Shown one piece after another: positions 46,738 to 56,460 of a stretch of 64,000 bases of DNA. The DNA comes from Candidatus Parcubacteria bacterium. Lineage in GTDB: Bacteria > Patescibacteriota > Microgenomatia > UBA1406 > GWC2-37-13. The notes under the pieces are model-generated. The model was not told the DNA's origin and did not search any database. It saw nothing but the letters and a program-made list of their open reading frames with translations. Within the stretch, counting starts at the first letter, position 1; every line of letters begins with the position of its first letter. A program made the translations under genes and the position numbers. The stretch is taken from the NCBI GenBank assembly GCA_039798745.1, contig JBDKFK010000004.1:21178-85177 (forward strand). The letters run 5' to 3'.

Positions 46738-49104
46738 ATGAGGTATGTAAGCAACATTAACAATATTCTTTCAAAAATGGTAAAGTGGCCATCACGGACA
46801 CTTTTTTTCTTACTCTACCTATGTATACAGTTTGTTATAGCAATAGGAGAAGTTACTAAACTTCTTGCAATAATCCCCTTCAGAATTTTTACCTGGGTAG
46901 TCAGCGTAATCTATAGGTTGGAAGGAATACTCATGGTAAAGATTAAGAAAATACGTTTTTTTAAGCCTGTATTCAGTATTCGTTTACCCAAATTTCCCCG
47001 TATCAAAAAGAAAGCTGCTTCACGAAGTCTGGTACGTAAGTTTTTTTCACGGAGTATGTCCGGTTTGATCAAACTTATACGTGGAGTGGTCCGTTTTTTT
47101 GTTTTTGTGGTTCGTCTGCCTATAGTGGTTATACGAAGTATATTTCCGGAGAGAGTTCGGATTTTTCTTCTGGGTTTTATAGTGTGCCTGATTTTTTTGG
47201 CTTTTTATCAGATGTATCTTACGGTCAAAGAGTTACCTACGCCCAAGGATATCGGTAAATTAAACTACTCTCTGTCAACGCATCTGTATGACCGCAAAGG
47301 CAAATTACTTTATGAGGTATATCGTGACGAAAATCGGACTCCCGTGAAGCTTAAGGATTTGCCCTGGTATGTTACAAAGGCCGCCATTTCGATAGAAGAT
47401 AAAGATTTTTATCGTCACGGAGGCGTTTCTATATATTCAGGAATTCTGAGAGCCTTTAAGGATATGGTAGTTACACAAACACTTCAGGGAGGGTCTACTC
47501 TTACTCAACAGTTAGTGAAAAGTGCCCTTCTCACCCCTGAGCGAACGATTCAAAGGAAAGTAAAGGAAATTATATTAGCATTATGGACAGAACAGGTTTA
47601 CTCAAAAGATCAGATACTGGAAATGTATCTCAATCAGGTCCCCTACGGCGGTTCTTCCTATGGACTTGAAGAAGCATCACAAACCCATTTCAATAAACAT
47701 GCAAGAGAGCTTAGTCTCCCTGAAGCCGCTTTACTGGCCGGTTTGCCTCAGGCACCGTCTCTATACTCTCCGTTTCTCAACCCTGAACTTGCGATAAGCC
47801 GCAGAAATGATGTGCTGGACAGAATGTATTCGTATGGCTATATAAAGAAAGATGACTATACTAAAGCACGAAAAACTGCCTTAGGGATAACTCCTCCGAA
47901 TACATTTATCAAAGCTCCTCACTTTGTATTCTATGTAAAAAGCCAGTTGGAGCAAATATATGGTCCTCACAAAGTAGAAGAGGGTGGTCTGAGAGTTTAT
48001 ACAACATTAGATCTTGAAGTTCAGCAACAGGCCGAGAAAATTCTTAGGGAAGAGCTCGCTAAAGTGGAGAATCTTCATATAACCAATGGCGCCATTCTGG
48101 TGACCCGTCCTGCGACAGGAGAAATACTGGCTATGGTTGGATCCAAAGATTACTTCGCGAGCCCTGACGGCGCCTTTAATGTGGTTACAGCACTACGTCA
48201 GCCGGGGAGTTCGATAAAGCCGGTAACATACTCCCTTGCTCTTCAGAAGGGATATACCACGGCTTCTATAATTGACGATTCCCCCATTTCATATAAATCC
48301 GACAGCGGTGAGGTATACAGACCGGTAAACTACGACGGAAGGTTTCATGGAAAAGTGAGTCTGAGGATGTCTCTCGCTAATTCATACAATATCCCTGCGG
48401 TAAAAGTACTCAATTCTCTGGGTGTTGATAAGTTTGTCGATTATGCTGAGAAGTTGGGAATCACATCATGGAACGACCGCTCAAGATATGGCCTATCTCT
48501 TACACTGGGAGGAGTAGAAGTGCCCATGATGGATATGGCTACAGCCTACGGTGTGTTCGCTAACGCTGGTAAGAAAGTTCGTCCCACATATATTTCATAT
48601 ATAGAAGACTATAAGAGTAACGCGTTATCGTTCCCTGAGCCCATGAGCACACATGTTTTGGACAGTGGTGTTGCTTATATAATGTCGGACATCCTCTCAG
48701 ATAACTTTGCTCGGCTGCTCGCGTTTGGCCCTAACTCCGCGCTCGAGATACCGGGATATAAAGTTGCCGTAAAAACCGGTACAACAGACGAAAAGAAAGA
48801 TAACTGGACCATAGGCTATACACCGCAGTATTTAGTAGCCGTCTGGGTAGGTAATAACGATAACTCTCCTATGAATCAGTATCTTGCTTCGGGTATAACC
48901 GGAGCCGCTCCGATATGGAATAGAGTAATGAGCTATATGCTCAAGCAGTATGACAAAGATCATAGCTGGTTTCAGCTTCCTGAGAATGTAGTTTCGAAAA
49001 CCTGCTACTTTGGAAGAAAAGAATACTTTATACGCGGCACAGAGTCTGTCGCGCCCTGTACACGTGTTGAGAACACATCTCCAAAACCCTCTGCTTTTAA
49101 CTGA
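46738..49104 (+). CDS. Class A penicillin-binding protein (transglycosylase/transpeptidase)
   Basis: GT51 motifs ISIEDKDFYRHGG, GGSTLTQQLVK and RKVKE. Transpeptidase motifs SSIKP (SxxK), SYN (SxN) and KTGTT. Confidence 0.9.
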   Translation: MRYVSNINNILSKMVKWPSRTLFFLLYLCIQFVIAIGEVTKLLAIIPFRIFTWVVSVIYRLEGILMVKIKKIRFFKPVFSIRLPKFPRIKKKAASRSLVRKFFSRSMSGLIKLIRGVVRFFVFVVRLPIVVIRSIFPERVRIFLLGFIVCLIFLAFYQMYLTVKELPTPKDIGKLNYSLSTHLYDRKGKLLYEVYRDENRTPVKLKDLPWYVTKAAISIEDKDFYRHGGVSIYSGILRAFKDMVVTQTLQGGSTLTQQLVKSALLTPERTIQRKVKEIILALWTEQVYSKDQILEMYLNQVPYGGSSYGLEEASQTHFNKHARELSLPEAALLAGLPQAPSLYSPFLNPELAISRRNDVLDRMYSYGYIKKDDYTKARKTALGITPPNTFIKAPHFVFYVKSQLEQIYGPHKVEEGGLRVYTTLDLEVQQQAEKILREELAKVENLHITNGAILVTRPATGEILAMVGSKDYFASPDGAFNVVTALRQPGSSIKPVTYSLALQKGYTTASIIDDSPISYKSDSGEVYRPVNYDGRFHGKVSLRMSLANSYNIPAVKVLNSLGVDKFVDYAEKLGITSWNDRSRYGLSLTLGGVEVPMMDMATAYGVFANAGKKVRPTYISYIEDYKSNALSFPEPMSTHVLDSGVAYIMSDILSDNFARLLAFGPNSALEIPGYKVAVKTGTTDEKKDNWTIGYTPQYLVAVWVGNNDNSPMNQYLASGITGAAPIWNRVMSYMLKQYDKDHSWFQLPENVVSKTCYFGRKEYFIRGTESVAPCTRVENTSPKPSAFN

Positions 49105-49412
49105 TTATTTTTCTTACAAAGCACTTTCATATTTCTTACATAACTCTTATCACTGATTGAGAAAATGGTTAAATGATTGGTAATTACAACAAAAATATAG
49201 GATTAATAACTTTGTTATCAATACCATCTTTAAACGTAGATAAAAATACTTAACTCTTATTTTTCTGATATGTAAAACTGAAGATTTGAGTTAAGAGCAA
49301 CGTGCTAAAAATAACAAAGTGATAAAGAATATTACTCAACAAGTGTCCCATATTAATTGTGCTCATGCATCGTTAATAGGACAAAGCGTTCATTATAAGT
49401 TGTTCTGAAACT

Positions 49413-50708
49413 ATGATTAAACATTATTCACGTACTCTATTAACGACAGTATTGCTCTTAACTGCAGTTGCCTACCCATTTAGTTTCTATACTCCTGTAC
49501 TTGCAAATACTGCTACTCAAAATGCTCTAAGGTCATCAATAATGCAGGGAATACAGTCAGATATAAATGCGTCAAATAATACTACAAATATCATAAATTC
49601 AGGGGACAATACTGATATCGATACAAATGCAAACTCAAGCTCACAAACAACGGTACATAATCAAAATACAGCGCAAGTAAATCAGCAGATTGATGCTCAC
49701 GCAAATACAGGCAACAATGAAGCCAGCCGTAACATTAGCATCGGAGGTAATGCAGGGATTATTATGACAGGTAATGCTGCCGTTAACACTCAGCAAATAG
49801 TGAATGCGAACGATAATGTTACAGCCATCTCAGGAGGAGGTACGTACGGAAGTAATAATACAGATATTGTTAATACGGGAGACGGAGTAGACGCATCAAC
49901 TTCATCACAATCCAAACGCAGTACTCTGGTCAATAATGATAACACTCTCGTTGTCAACCAAACTGCAAACACATCCGCGAATACGGGGAATAATAGGGCT
50001 GATCGGAATATCAGCATAGGAGGAGTGTCAGGCGCAATCCTTACGGGTAACGCGTCTACTAACTCAAGCTTCTTACTCGCAGGCAATGGTTCAGTGGCGT
50101 TGGTGGGGGGAGTGGAGAACGGAAATGGTCCGGGCACCGGCGCTTCAATAATACTTACTAATACTGGTGATCGTGGTAGATTCGGATCACACAGTACACA
50201 TGCTAGCGCTCTTACTGTGAATAATACAAATAACGCGCAGGTATCTCAGTCCTGCGGGAGTTTATTTGGCTGCAGCGCGATTACAGGAGGAAATAGTTCA
50301 GATCGAGGAATAGCACAAGGCGGGAATGCCGGAGTAATTCAAACGTCCAATGCAGTAGTAAACGTAGTGCTCTATGCTCAAGCTAATACCAATAGAACAG
50401 CAGTTTCCGGTACAGGTAAGGGAACATCTTCTCAGAATAATACAAATGTCATGAATACAGGAGATGATGTAAGTATTCAAACAGGATCCAATGACAGCAA
50501 TACAACCCATGTAAATAACACAAATAACGCATTTATAGATCAGGCCATTAATGCTGTCGCGGATACAGGTAACAATCATGCAAATAGAAATATCAGTATA
50601 GGTGGTGACGCAGGTTTGATACGCACAGGAAATGCCGTGATAAACGCGATTACCGTAGCAGATGTAAACGGTAACGGTACCGAGATTGGGATTCCAACAG
50701 GTAACTAA
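49413..50708 (+). CDS. Secreted Asn/Thr/Gly-rich protein with four ~95-aa repeats (paralog 1)
   Basis: A signal peptide, then four units each holding N[ST]GD...V.N.N.A.V.Q...A.(A/I)(N/D/T)(T)G(N/G)N...RNISIGG.AG.I.TGNA..N. Examples: ANTGNNEASRNISIGGNAGIIMTGNAAVN, ANTGNNRADRNISIGGVSGAILTGNASTN and ADTGNNHANRNISIGGDAGLIRTGNAVIN. Confidence 0.6.
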   Translation: MIKHYSRTLLTTVLLLTAVAYPFSFYTPVLANTATQNALRSSIMQGIQSDINASNNTTNIINSGDNTDIDTNANSSSQTTVHNQNTAQVNQQIDAHANTGNNEASRNISIGGNAGIIMTGNAAVNTQQIVNANDNVTAISGGGTYGSNNTDIVNTGDGVDASTSSQSKRSTLVNNDNTLVVNQTANTSANTGNNRADRNISIGGVSGAILTGNASTNSSFLLAGNGSVALVGGVENGNGPGTGASIILTNTGDRGRFGSHSTHASALTVNNTNNAQVSQSCGSLFGCSAITGGNSSDRGIAQGGNAGVIQTSNAVVNVVLYAQANTNRTAVSGTGKGTSSQNNTNVMNTGDDVSIQTGSNDSNTTHVNNTNNAFIDQAINAVADTGNNHANRNISIGGDAGLIRTGNAVINAITVADVNGNGTEIGIPTGN

Positions 50709-50766
50709 ACCGTATTTATAGCGCATTTATTATTTATTAGTTCTCGATGGAAAGGGGGTGAATAGA

Positions 50767-51981
50767 ATGAGAATACTTAAAACAAACACGTTGGTTTCAT
50801 TGCTGACCGCGGCTTCAATCGCCGTTGCTCCTGGTTTAGCTTTTGCTGACAATGGTACTGCTGTGATCAACAGCGGTGACAATGCTTCAGTTACAAGCTC
50901 GACTAACCAGACATCACATGTTGCTGTTTCCAATAGTAACACCGCGTTTACAACCCAATCAGTCAATGCCGATGCTAATTCTGGTGGAAACACTGCAAAT
51001 AGTAACATTGGTTTGAATGGTGGAGGCGGGACTATCCTTACTGGAGCAGCCAATATCGGAGCGCAGATGGGAGTCAATGCAAACCACAATGTAACGAGTG
51101 TTAGCGGTGCTACTTCACCCGCAAGCTCAAACGTAACCGATGTAGTTAATACGGGTGACAACGCCCATGTTAACACTACGGCAAACACCTCGAATGTCGT
51201 ACAGGTTGACAACTCAAATGTTGCGGCTGTCGAACAGGCATTTAAGGCGAAAGCAAACTCCGGTTTGAACGTTGCCAATAAAAATATTGGCGGTGGAACA
51301 ATCGGAACTGGTGGTGCCAATATAGGCGCAACAATGGGTACAGATGTGAACCATAACACAACTTCTGTAGGAGGTTTTGGCGGTCTTTCGGGACTGTCAA
51401 ATGGTCTGGTGAATGGTACAAGTATCACCAATACTGGTGATCACTCAACCGTGCATTCATCAGCAAACTCTAACTCTACTGTTGGAGTTTCCAACTACAA
51501 TCATGCACTCGTTAATCAGGGTTTCTTTGGCGCTTCTAACACCGGTAAAAATGCAGCCAACTCTAATATCGGAGGCGGTTTGATTGGAACTGGTGCAGCC
51601 AATGTCGGTGCGACAATGGGCGTTTCTGCAAACTCAAACGTCACAGGTATCGACAGCAGTTGGTCTGGTGGATTAGGTACTTTGATGTCAGGCGATAACC
51701 TGCATGATATCATAAATACCGGAGATTCACTTGACTCAAATACATCGGTGAATAATACTTCATCAGTCGGTGTATCAAACTCACAGTTTTTGGCTTCCAC
51801 TCAGTATCAATGGTCGCATAGTAATAGCGGCTTAAACGATGCAGTTTCTAATATAGGAGGAACTGGAATCGGTACAAGTGTAGCCAATGCTGGTGGTACA
51901 TTCGGAATAGCAGGTAACACCAATCTTACAGGTATTGGTGGTTTCTTTGGTGATTTACTATCACTTATGGGAATGTTTTAA
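50767..51981 (+). CDS. Secreted Asn/Thr/Gly-rich protein with four repeats (paralog 2)
   Basis: A GGGGG-type SD precedes the ATG at 50767 and there is a signal peptide (...APGLAFA). The four units resemble INSGDNASV...ANSGGNTANSNIGLNGGGGTILTGAANIGAQMGVNANHNVTSV. Confidence 0.6.
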   Translation: MRILKTNTLVSLLTAASIAVAPGLAFADNGTAVINSGDNASVTSSTNQTSHVAVSNSNTAFTTQSVNADANSGGNTANSNIGLNGGGGTILTGAANIGAQMGVNANHNVTSVSGATSPASSNVTDVVNTGDNAHVNTTANTSNVVQVDNSNVAAVEQAFKAKANSGLNVANKNIGGGTIGTGGANIGATMGTDVNHNTTSVGGFGGLSGLSNGLVNGTSITNTGDHSTVHSSANSNSTVGVSNYNHALVNQGFFGASNTGKNAANSNIGGGLIGTGAANVGATMGVSANSNVTGIDSSWSGGLGTLMSGDNLHDIINTGDSLDSNTSVNNTSSVGVSNSQFLASTQYQWSHSNSGLNDAVSNIGGTGIGTSVANAGGTFGIAGNTNLTGIGGFFGDLLSLMGMF

Positions 51982-52011
51982 CGAATTATAGGGTTTAACA
52001 TATATGTTTGC

Positions 52012-52037
52012 CGCCCCGGGGATGCATACCCGGGGCG
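52012..52037 (+). terminator. GC-rich hairpin after paralog 2
   Basis: CGCCCCGGG, loop GATGCATA, CCCGGGGCG: a 9-bp perfect stem with no clear T-tract. Confidence 0.5.
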
Positions 52038-52105
52038 AGCCCTAGTAGCTAAGTTCAGAGCTTCGTGATATAATAATCCGCTTCATTATGAATTGATGGA
52101 ATAGC

Positions 52106-53938
52106 ATGATGTATAAACGAATTGTACTGGTCATGTTTTTACTGCTGCGCGTATATGTAAGTTCAATGTATGTGTTTGCTTATGCGGAAGATACCGTGAC
52201 TACCGAAGAGGCTACTCCTACTCCAGTTGCTATTATTGATTCCGAAGCACAAGAAGAGAATGTCCTACCTACCGAAGAAGAATCTAGTGCGGAACAAACA
52301 ACTGACGAGCCTTCTGAGAGTGTAACTAACAACAATAGTTCCGAGATCAATAATGAAACTGAGGCATCATCTACAACAGGCGATAATACTGATATTACTA
52401 CAATCGACGAAACAGTTATCGAAACGGGAACTGCTTCGGCCTCTGTTGATGTAGTTAATAATGTTAATGAAAACGTAACTGGTTCGGAAATCAGCGTTAG
52501 TGAGCATAATGTACTTGAAGATCATGAAGGGATAATAGATCTCACCCAACCGCCTGCTTCATGTAATGTATCAACAGATAGCGCAACGCTTCATAGCGAT
52601 GTTTCTCATACCAATAATGCTGTAATTACCAACGATATTACTGTAACAGCGAGCACTGGCAATAATAGTGCTAGTGCGACAGAGGCTGCCATTTTAACCG
52701 GAGATGCCGATATTGATATAGATGTTATCAATGTAGCTAACACAAACATTACGGGAGATTGCGCGCACTACGGCATAGTAAATATTATGAATGAGCAGAA
52801 GGGTGATATTATTTTGCCGTATGAAGGGGATATGGTGAATTCCCAAAGTTCCGCATCTTCCGAGGTCGTAAATGCAAACAACGTGGAGCTTGAGACAAAT
52901 ATTATGGCCAAAGCAGAGACCGGCGAAAACAGCGCACAGATTATACAGACTGGAGATAGTACCATTACCGTGCGACAGATAGATTCGGTGAATACTAATA
53001 TATCAGGAAATAACTGGATTATTGTACGGGTTAACGGAACAGATTTGTGGACGGGGGACTTTGTGGGATGGAAGGGCAATATTACGCGTGGTGATAATTA
53101 TGCCCTCGCCTGGACAGAGATACCATTTGAACAAGGCCAAGCATCGTCGTCAGTAACAAATACCAATACCAGTGCTGTTACAAACAATATTCGCGCAACA
53201 ACACATACAGGTAATAATGCGGCGACAGGAGCAAACTCTTCGGTGCGTACGGGTGACGCACATATAGATGTAGATATCCTTAATATACTTAATACCAATA
53301 TTACCGGCAGCTACTGGTATTACGAAATGATTAACATATTGGATACATTCGTTGGCAATATCGTTTTTCCCCGACCTGATCTACAGGTTTCTATTGGTTC
53401 CAACACGTTATCTGCGCATACGGGCGACGAAGCATCGTATACAGTTTCATACGCGGATAGCGGTACACTCTGGGCTGAGGAGGTAGTTGTAGAAGTACAG
53501 CTGCCGCCAAGTGCTGAGCTTCGCTCTATGTCATCGGGTGGAACGTTTTCGAATGGTGTTATACGCTGGAACCAAGGTTTATTAAAGGCCGGCGGAGGTG
53601 GCACAGTGTCATTTGTTATGAAACTCGAAGCCGGTTCGACAGATAACAGATGGAGAACGCAAGCAACAATACATTCGAATACTCAAGAACCGAACCAGAT
53701 TAATAATATGGCTGAAAGTTTCATTACAAACATCCTACCGACCTTACCATCAACTCAGACTCAGCCAGTAGTTATAGTTACCGTACAACCATCAGTAACA
53801 CCGTTTATAAACGCTCGGGTATCCAAAGCACAACAATCAGTGCTGGCAGCGAAAGATATCGCCTCAACAACAGATAAAAAGGGATCGTTAGTAGTACATA
53901 CCAAGATAAAACTACACAGCGCAGTCGCGCGCAATTAG
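52106..53938 (+). CDS. Secreted repeat protein (paralog 3) with a C-terminal DUF11-like domain
   Basis: It has a signal/anchor and an acidic linker. Repeats carry (A/T)xTG(N/E)N(S/A)A....TGDA.IDIDV.N..NTNITG. The C-terminal ASYTVSYADSGTLWAEEVVVEVQLPPSAEL...VIRWNQGLLKAGGGGTVSFVMKLE resembles the DUF11 repeat. Confidence 0.55.
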   Translation: MMYKRIVLVMFLLLRVYVSSMYVFAYAEDTVTTEEATPTPVAIIDSEAQEENVLPTEEESSAEQTTDEPSESVTNNNSSEINNETEASSTTGDNTDITTIDETVIETGTASASVDVVNNVNENVTGSEISVSEHNVLEDHEGIIDLTQPPASCNVSTDSATLHSDVSHTNNAVITNDITVTASTGNNSASATEAAILTGDADIDIDVINVANTNITGDCAHYGIVNIMNEQKGDIILPYEGDMVNSQSSASSEVVNANNVELETNIMAKAETGENSAQIIQTGDSTITVRQIDSVNTNISGNNWIIVRVNGTDLWTGDFVGWKGNITRGDNYALAWTEIPFEQGQASSSVTNTNTSAVTNNIRATTHTGNNAATGANSSVRTGDAHIDVDILNILNTNITGSYWYYEMINILDTFVGNIVFPRPDLQVSIGSNTLSAHTGDEASYTVSYADSGTLWAEEVVVEVQLPPSAELRSMSSGGTFSNGVIRWNQGLLKAGGGGTVSFVMKLEAGSTDNRWRTQATIHSNTQEPNQINNMAESFITNILPTLPSTQTQPVVIVTVQPSVTPFINARVSKAQQSVLAAKDIASTTDKKGSLVVHTKIKLHSAVARN

Positions 53939-54003
53939 CAGGATTAGTAGTGAGTCTTGCGGGTTTTATGTTTATTATCTATAAACTCAGAAAAGGAGTT
54001 GAA

Positions 54004-54432
54004 TTACCTTTCATCAAATAGTTTACTGAATAAATTTTTCAGAAATGATTGTACGCTTTCAGCTATTCCCGAACCCATTTTTTCAGTATCGTCAGAAGGT
54101 AATGGCACAGCAGTGGGTGATGGTTTTAACGTCGGAGTAGGCGACATACTCTGAGTGGTAGACTCAATAACTTTTTTTTCACCGTTCACGGTAACTTCTG
54201 TTTTCTTTTGGATTGTAGTAGTACTCGTGCTGCTGCTCTCTACACGATTCTGCATAGTTACACTTGCTTCGGAACCGTCGGATGATTCGACATGCGTTTC
54301 AACGGTGCTATGTACCTGGCCGTTGTTGATTGATACGTTTGAGTTTGTATTAACGTAGGCATTTCCCGTATTTATAACGAGAAGTGTGACCGGCATGACC
54401 ACAAAACTAGCGAATAGTTTATTCACATGCAT
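54004..54432 (-). CDS. Hypothetical secreted Ser/Thr-rich protein
   Basis: 142 aa with an N-terminal hydrophobic signal (FASFVVMPVTLLVINTGNA). Confidence 0.4.
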   Translation of the reverse strand: MHVNKLFASFVVMPVTLLVINTGNAYVNTNSNVSINNGQVHSTVETHVESSDGSEASVTMQNRVESSSTSTTTIQKKTEVTVNGEKKVIESTTQSMSPTPTLKPSPTAVPLPSDDTEKMGSGIAESVQSFLKNLFSKLFDER

Positions 54433-54455
54433 ACCTTATTATACTCGTTTGAAGA

Positions 54456-55577
54456 CTATCGGGTGTACTTTTTTTCAATATATTCATCACGCGACGTTTT
54501 GTACGCGGTAAAGAAATCTAGGCTATCTGAAGTATCGATACGATGTGAGTTGATGAATTTTATAAAATCCTGGAGAGACTGAAGAATATTGTCCGTATTA
54601 TGTTTAAATATCTGATCATGCATCTCAATATTGCCACTTGCTAAGCGCGTTGTAGTTTCAAAGCCACTCCCGGCAAGCTCCATAATCTCTTCATAATCGG
54701 TGGCAATAAACGCGAACATATAAACTGAAACAAGGAATACAAGATGTGATACTACTGCCACATTACGGTCGTGTGCTACTGCGTCTGAGACTACGGGGGT
54801 TCCGCCCAGATATTTGATTACATCTTTTAATGTGTCCACGGTAGAGTTCTTATTATGCTCATGAGGTGTAATAACCCATGGATTATGCAGAAATAACGAG
54901 GCTTTTGATGCCTTATATCCTGATTTTTCTGAGCCTGCCATCGGATGAGTGGGAACAAATTCAACCTGTGCGTTTGTCATCTTCATAAACTCTTCGCTGA
55001 TCGAGGATTTAACACTGGCAACATCTATTACAACAAGCCTCTGGGTTCTCCCCGACGCATAGGATGCAATTGAATGCGCGATTGAGATAATTGTATCTAT
55101 AGGTGAGGCGATTACAACAAGATCACACGTTTCAACCAGTGTACGCATGTCAACTTCTTTGGTGATTGTTTTGGTATCTCTGGGTGGATTTTTTAGAAGA
55201 GAATAGATCGGCAAATCCGCATTTTTTGCTCGCAAAGCCTTTGCTATCGAGCCTCCAATTAACCCAAGTCCAATTATTCCAATCTGAGAATAGGGGAGGG
55301 TATCATACGCAAATAGTTGCTGAGGGGCTTTGCACGAGGCTATTACTGATCTGTAGATTGGTTCAATATATTCTTTCAGGAGTGGATCATCTATCTGTTG
55401 TTCCAGTTTTTGGATGAGGGCTTGCTCACGGACTGTATCAGTTATAGGTGCATTATTCCTTTTTTTTACAGCACCCACCTCTTTTGCTATTTCGAAGCGT
55501 TCGGTAAGGAGCTCTGCTATCTGTTTATCAATCGCGTCCAGACGCGTACGAAGAGGACTAAGATCACTACCACTCAT
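54456..55577 (-). CDS. tyrA: Bifunctional chorismate mutase / prephenate dehydrogenase
   Basis: The N-terminal CM type 2 helix is LRTRLDAIDKQIAELLTERFEIAKEVGAVK. A Rossmann IGIIGLGLIGGSIAKAL follows, then the prephenate dehydrogenase body (HPMAGSE). It overlaps pheA by 4 nt. Confidence 0.8.
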   Translation of the reverse strand: MSGSDLSPLRTRLDAIDKQIAELLTERFEIAKEVGAVKKRNNAPITDTVREQALIQKLEQQIDDPLLKEYIEPIYRSVIASCKAPQQLFAYDTLPYSQIGIIGLGLIGGSIAKALRAKNADLPIYSLLKNPPRDTKTITKEVDMRTLVETCDLVVIASPIDTIISIAHSIASYASGRTQRLVVIDVASVKSSISEEFMKMTNAQVEFVPTHPMAGSEKSGYKASKASLFLHNPWVITPHEHNKNSTVDTLKDVIKYLGGTPVVSDAVAHDRNVAVVSHLVFLVSVYMFAFIATDYEEIMELAGSGFETTTRLASGNIEMHDQIFKHNTDNILQSLQDFIKFINSHRIDTSDSLDFFTAYKTSRDEYIEKKYTR

Positions 55578-56416
55578 AGTGTTTTTTCTGATTTATAAAA
55601 CCCCAAAACCTGGAGAGTAATGGTATATTTTCTCAGTTCGTTAAAAACATTATCTATTGCCTGTATATCTCCTTTAGGAAACTCAAAATCTACGTAGAAG
55701 ATATATTCAAATGGTTTTGCCTGTATAGGTCTTGACTCTATTTTTGTAAGATTATAGTCCTGGTCTGCAAGAATTTTGAGTGTGTTCATAAGGCTTCCCG
55801 GGACATGAGAAAGCGTAAACATTATGGAACATTTATTTGAATCATCTGCGAACGAGCGGTTTTTTGAAAGAACAAGAAAACGGGTATAGTTGATGACGTG
55901 ATCCTGAATATTAGTTTTTATTATGGTGAGCCCGTACATATCGGCCGCCTCGCGATTTGCGATCGCGGCAATAGTAGGATTCTGCAATTCACTTACGTAT
56001 TTTGCTGCAGATGCTGTATCGCCGTAGGCAATTTTTTCTATGTGTGGATATTTTTCAAAAAATAGATTGCATTGCTCAAGGGCTTTGGGGTGGGAATATA
56101 CCTTTTTTATTTCCTGCAATGCTTTTTCCGAAGTATCGAGCGGATTTTTTATCATGAGATGATGCTCTACTTTAAGATAGAGTTCTCCTATGGCATTTGC
56201 TTTGTATTCGCTCAGATAATCGTAGTTATCATAGATTGATCCTGCGAGACTATTCTCAATTGGGATAATTCCAAACTCCGCCGTGTTTTCCCTAAGGGCG
56301 TCAAATATGCCCTTAAAGTTTTCGTAGCCACTAAATGATGCATCCGACCCAAAATATTTAAGTGCTGCTGAGTAGGAGAACGAGCCTGGTATTCCAAGAT
56401 ATGCTACCTTATTCAT
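55574..56416 (-). CDS. pheA: Prephenate dehydratase
   Basis: MNKVAYLGIPGSFSYSAA, a TRF motif (NYTRFLVL), and an ACT domain with ESRP (KIESRPI). I prefer the ATG at 56416 to the upstream GTG. Confidence 0.85.
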   Translation of the reverse strand: MNKVAYLGIPGSFSYSAALKYFGSDASFSGYENFKGIFDALRENTAEFGIIPIENSLAGSIYDNYDYLSEYKANAIGELYLKVEHHLMIKNPLDTSEKALQEIKKVYSHPKALEQCNLFFEKYPHIEKIAYGDTASAAKYVSELQNPTIAAIANREAADMYGLTIIKTNIQDHVINYTRFLVLSKNRSFADDSNKCSIMFTLSHVPGSLMNTLKILADQDYNLTKIESRPIQAKPFEYIFYVDFEFPKGDIQAIDNVFNELRKYTITLQVLGFYKSEKTL

Positions 56417-56460
56417 AGTATTGTTATATTCTAAATCCGCAACTGATAAATAGCAAATCA

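Noticed and set aside
50730-51431. 233-aa antisense ORF opposite repeat-protein paralog 2, and similar ORFs at 49790-50137, 50298-50726 and 51516-51800
   Set aside because: These are mirror-image low-complexity translations (Pro/Val/Ala/Thr-rich) produced by the biased codon content of the sense gene. They have no SD or start context, and the sense gene has a signal peptide and paralogs.
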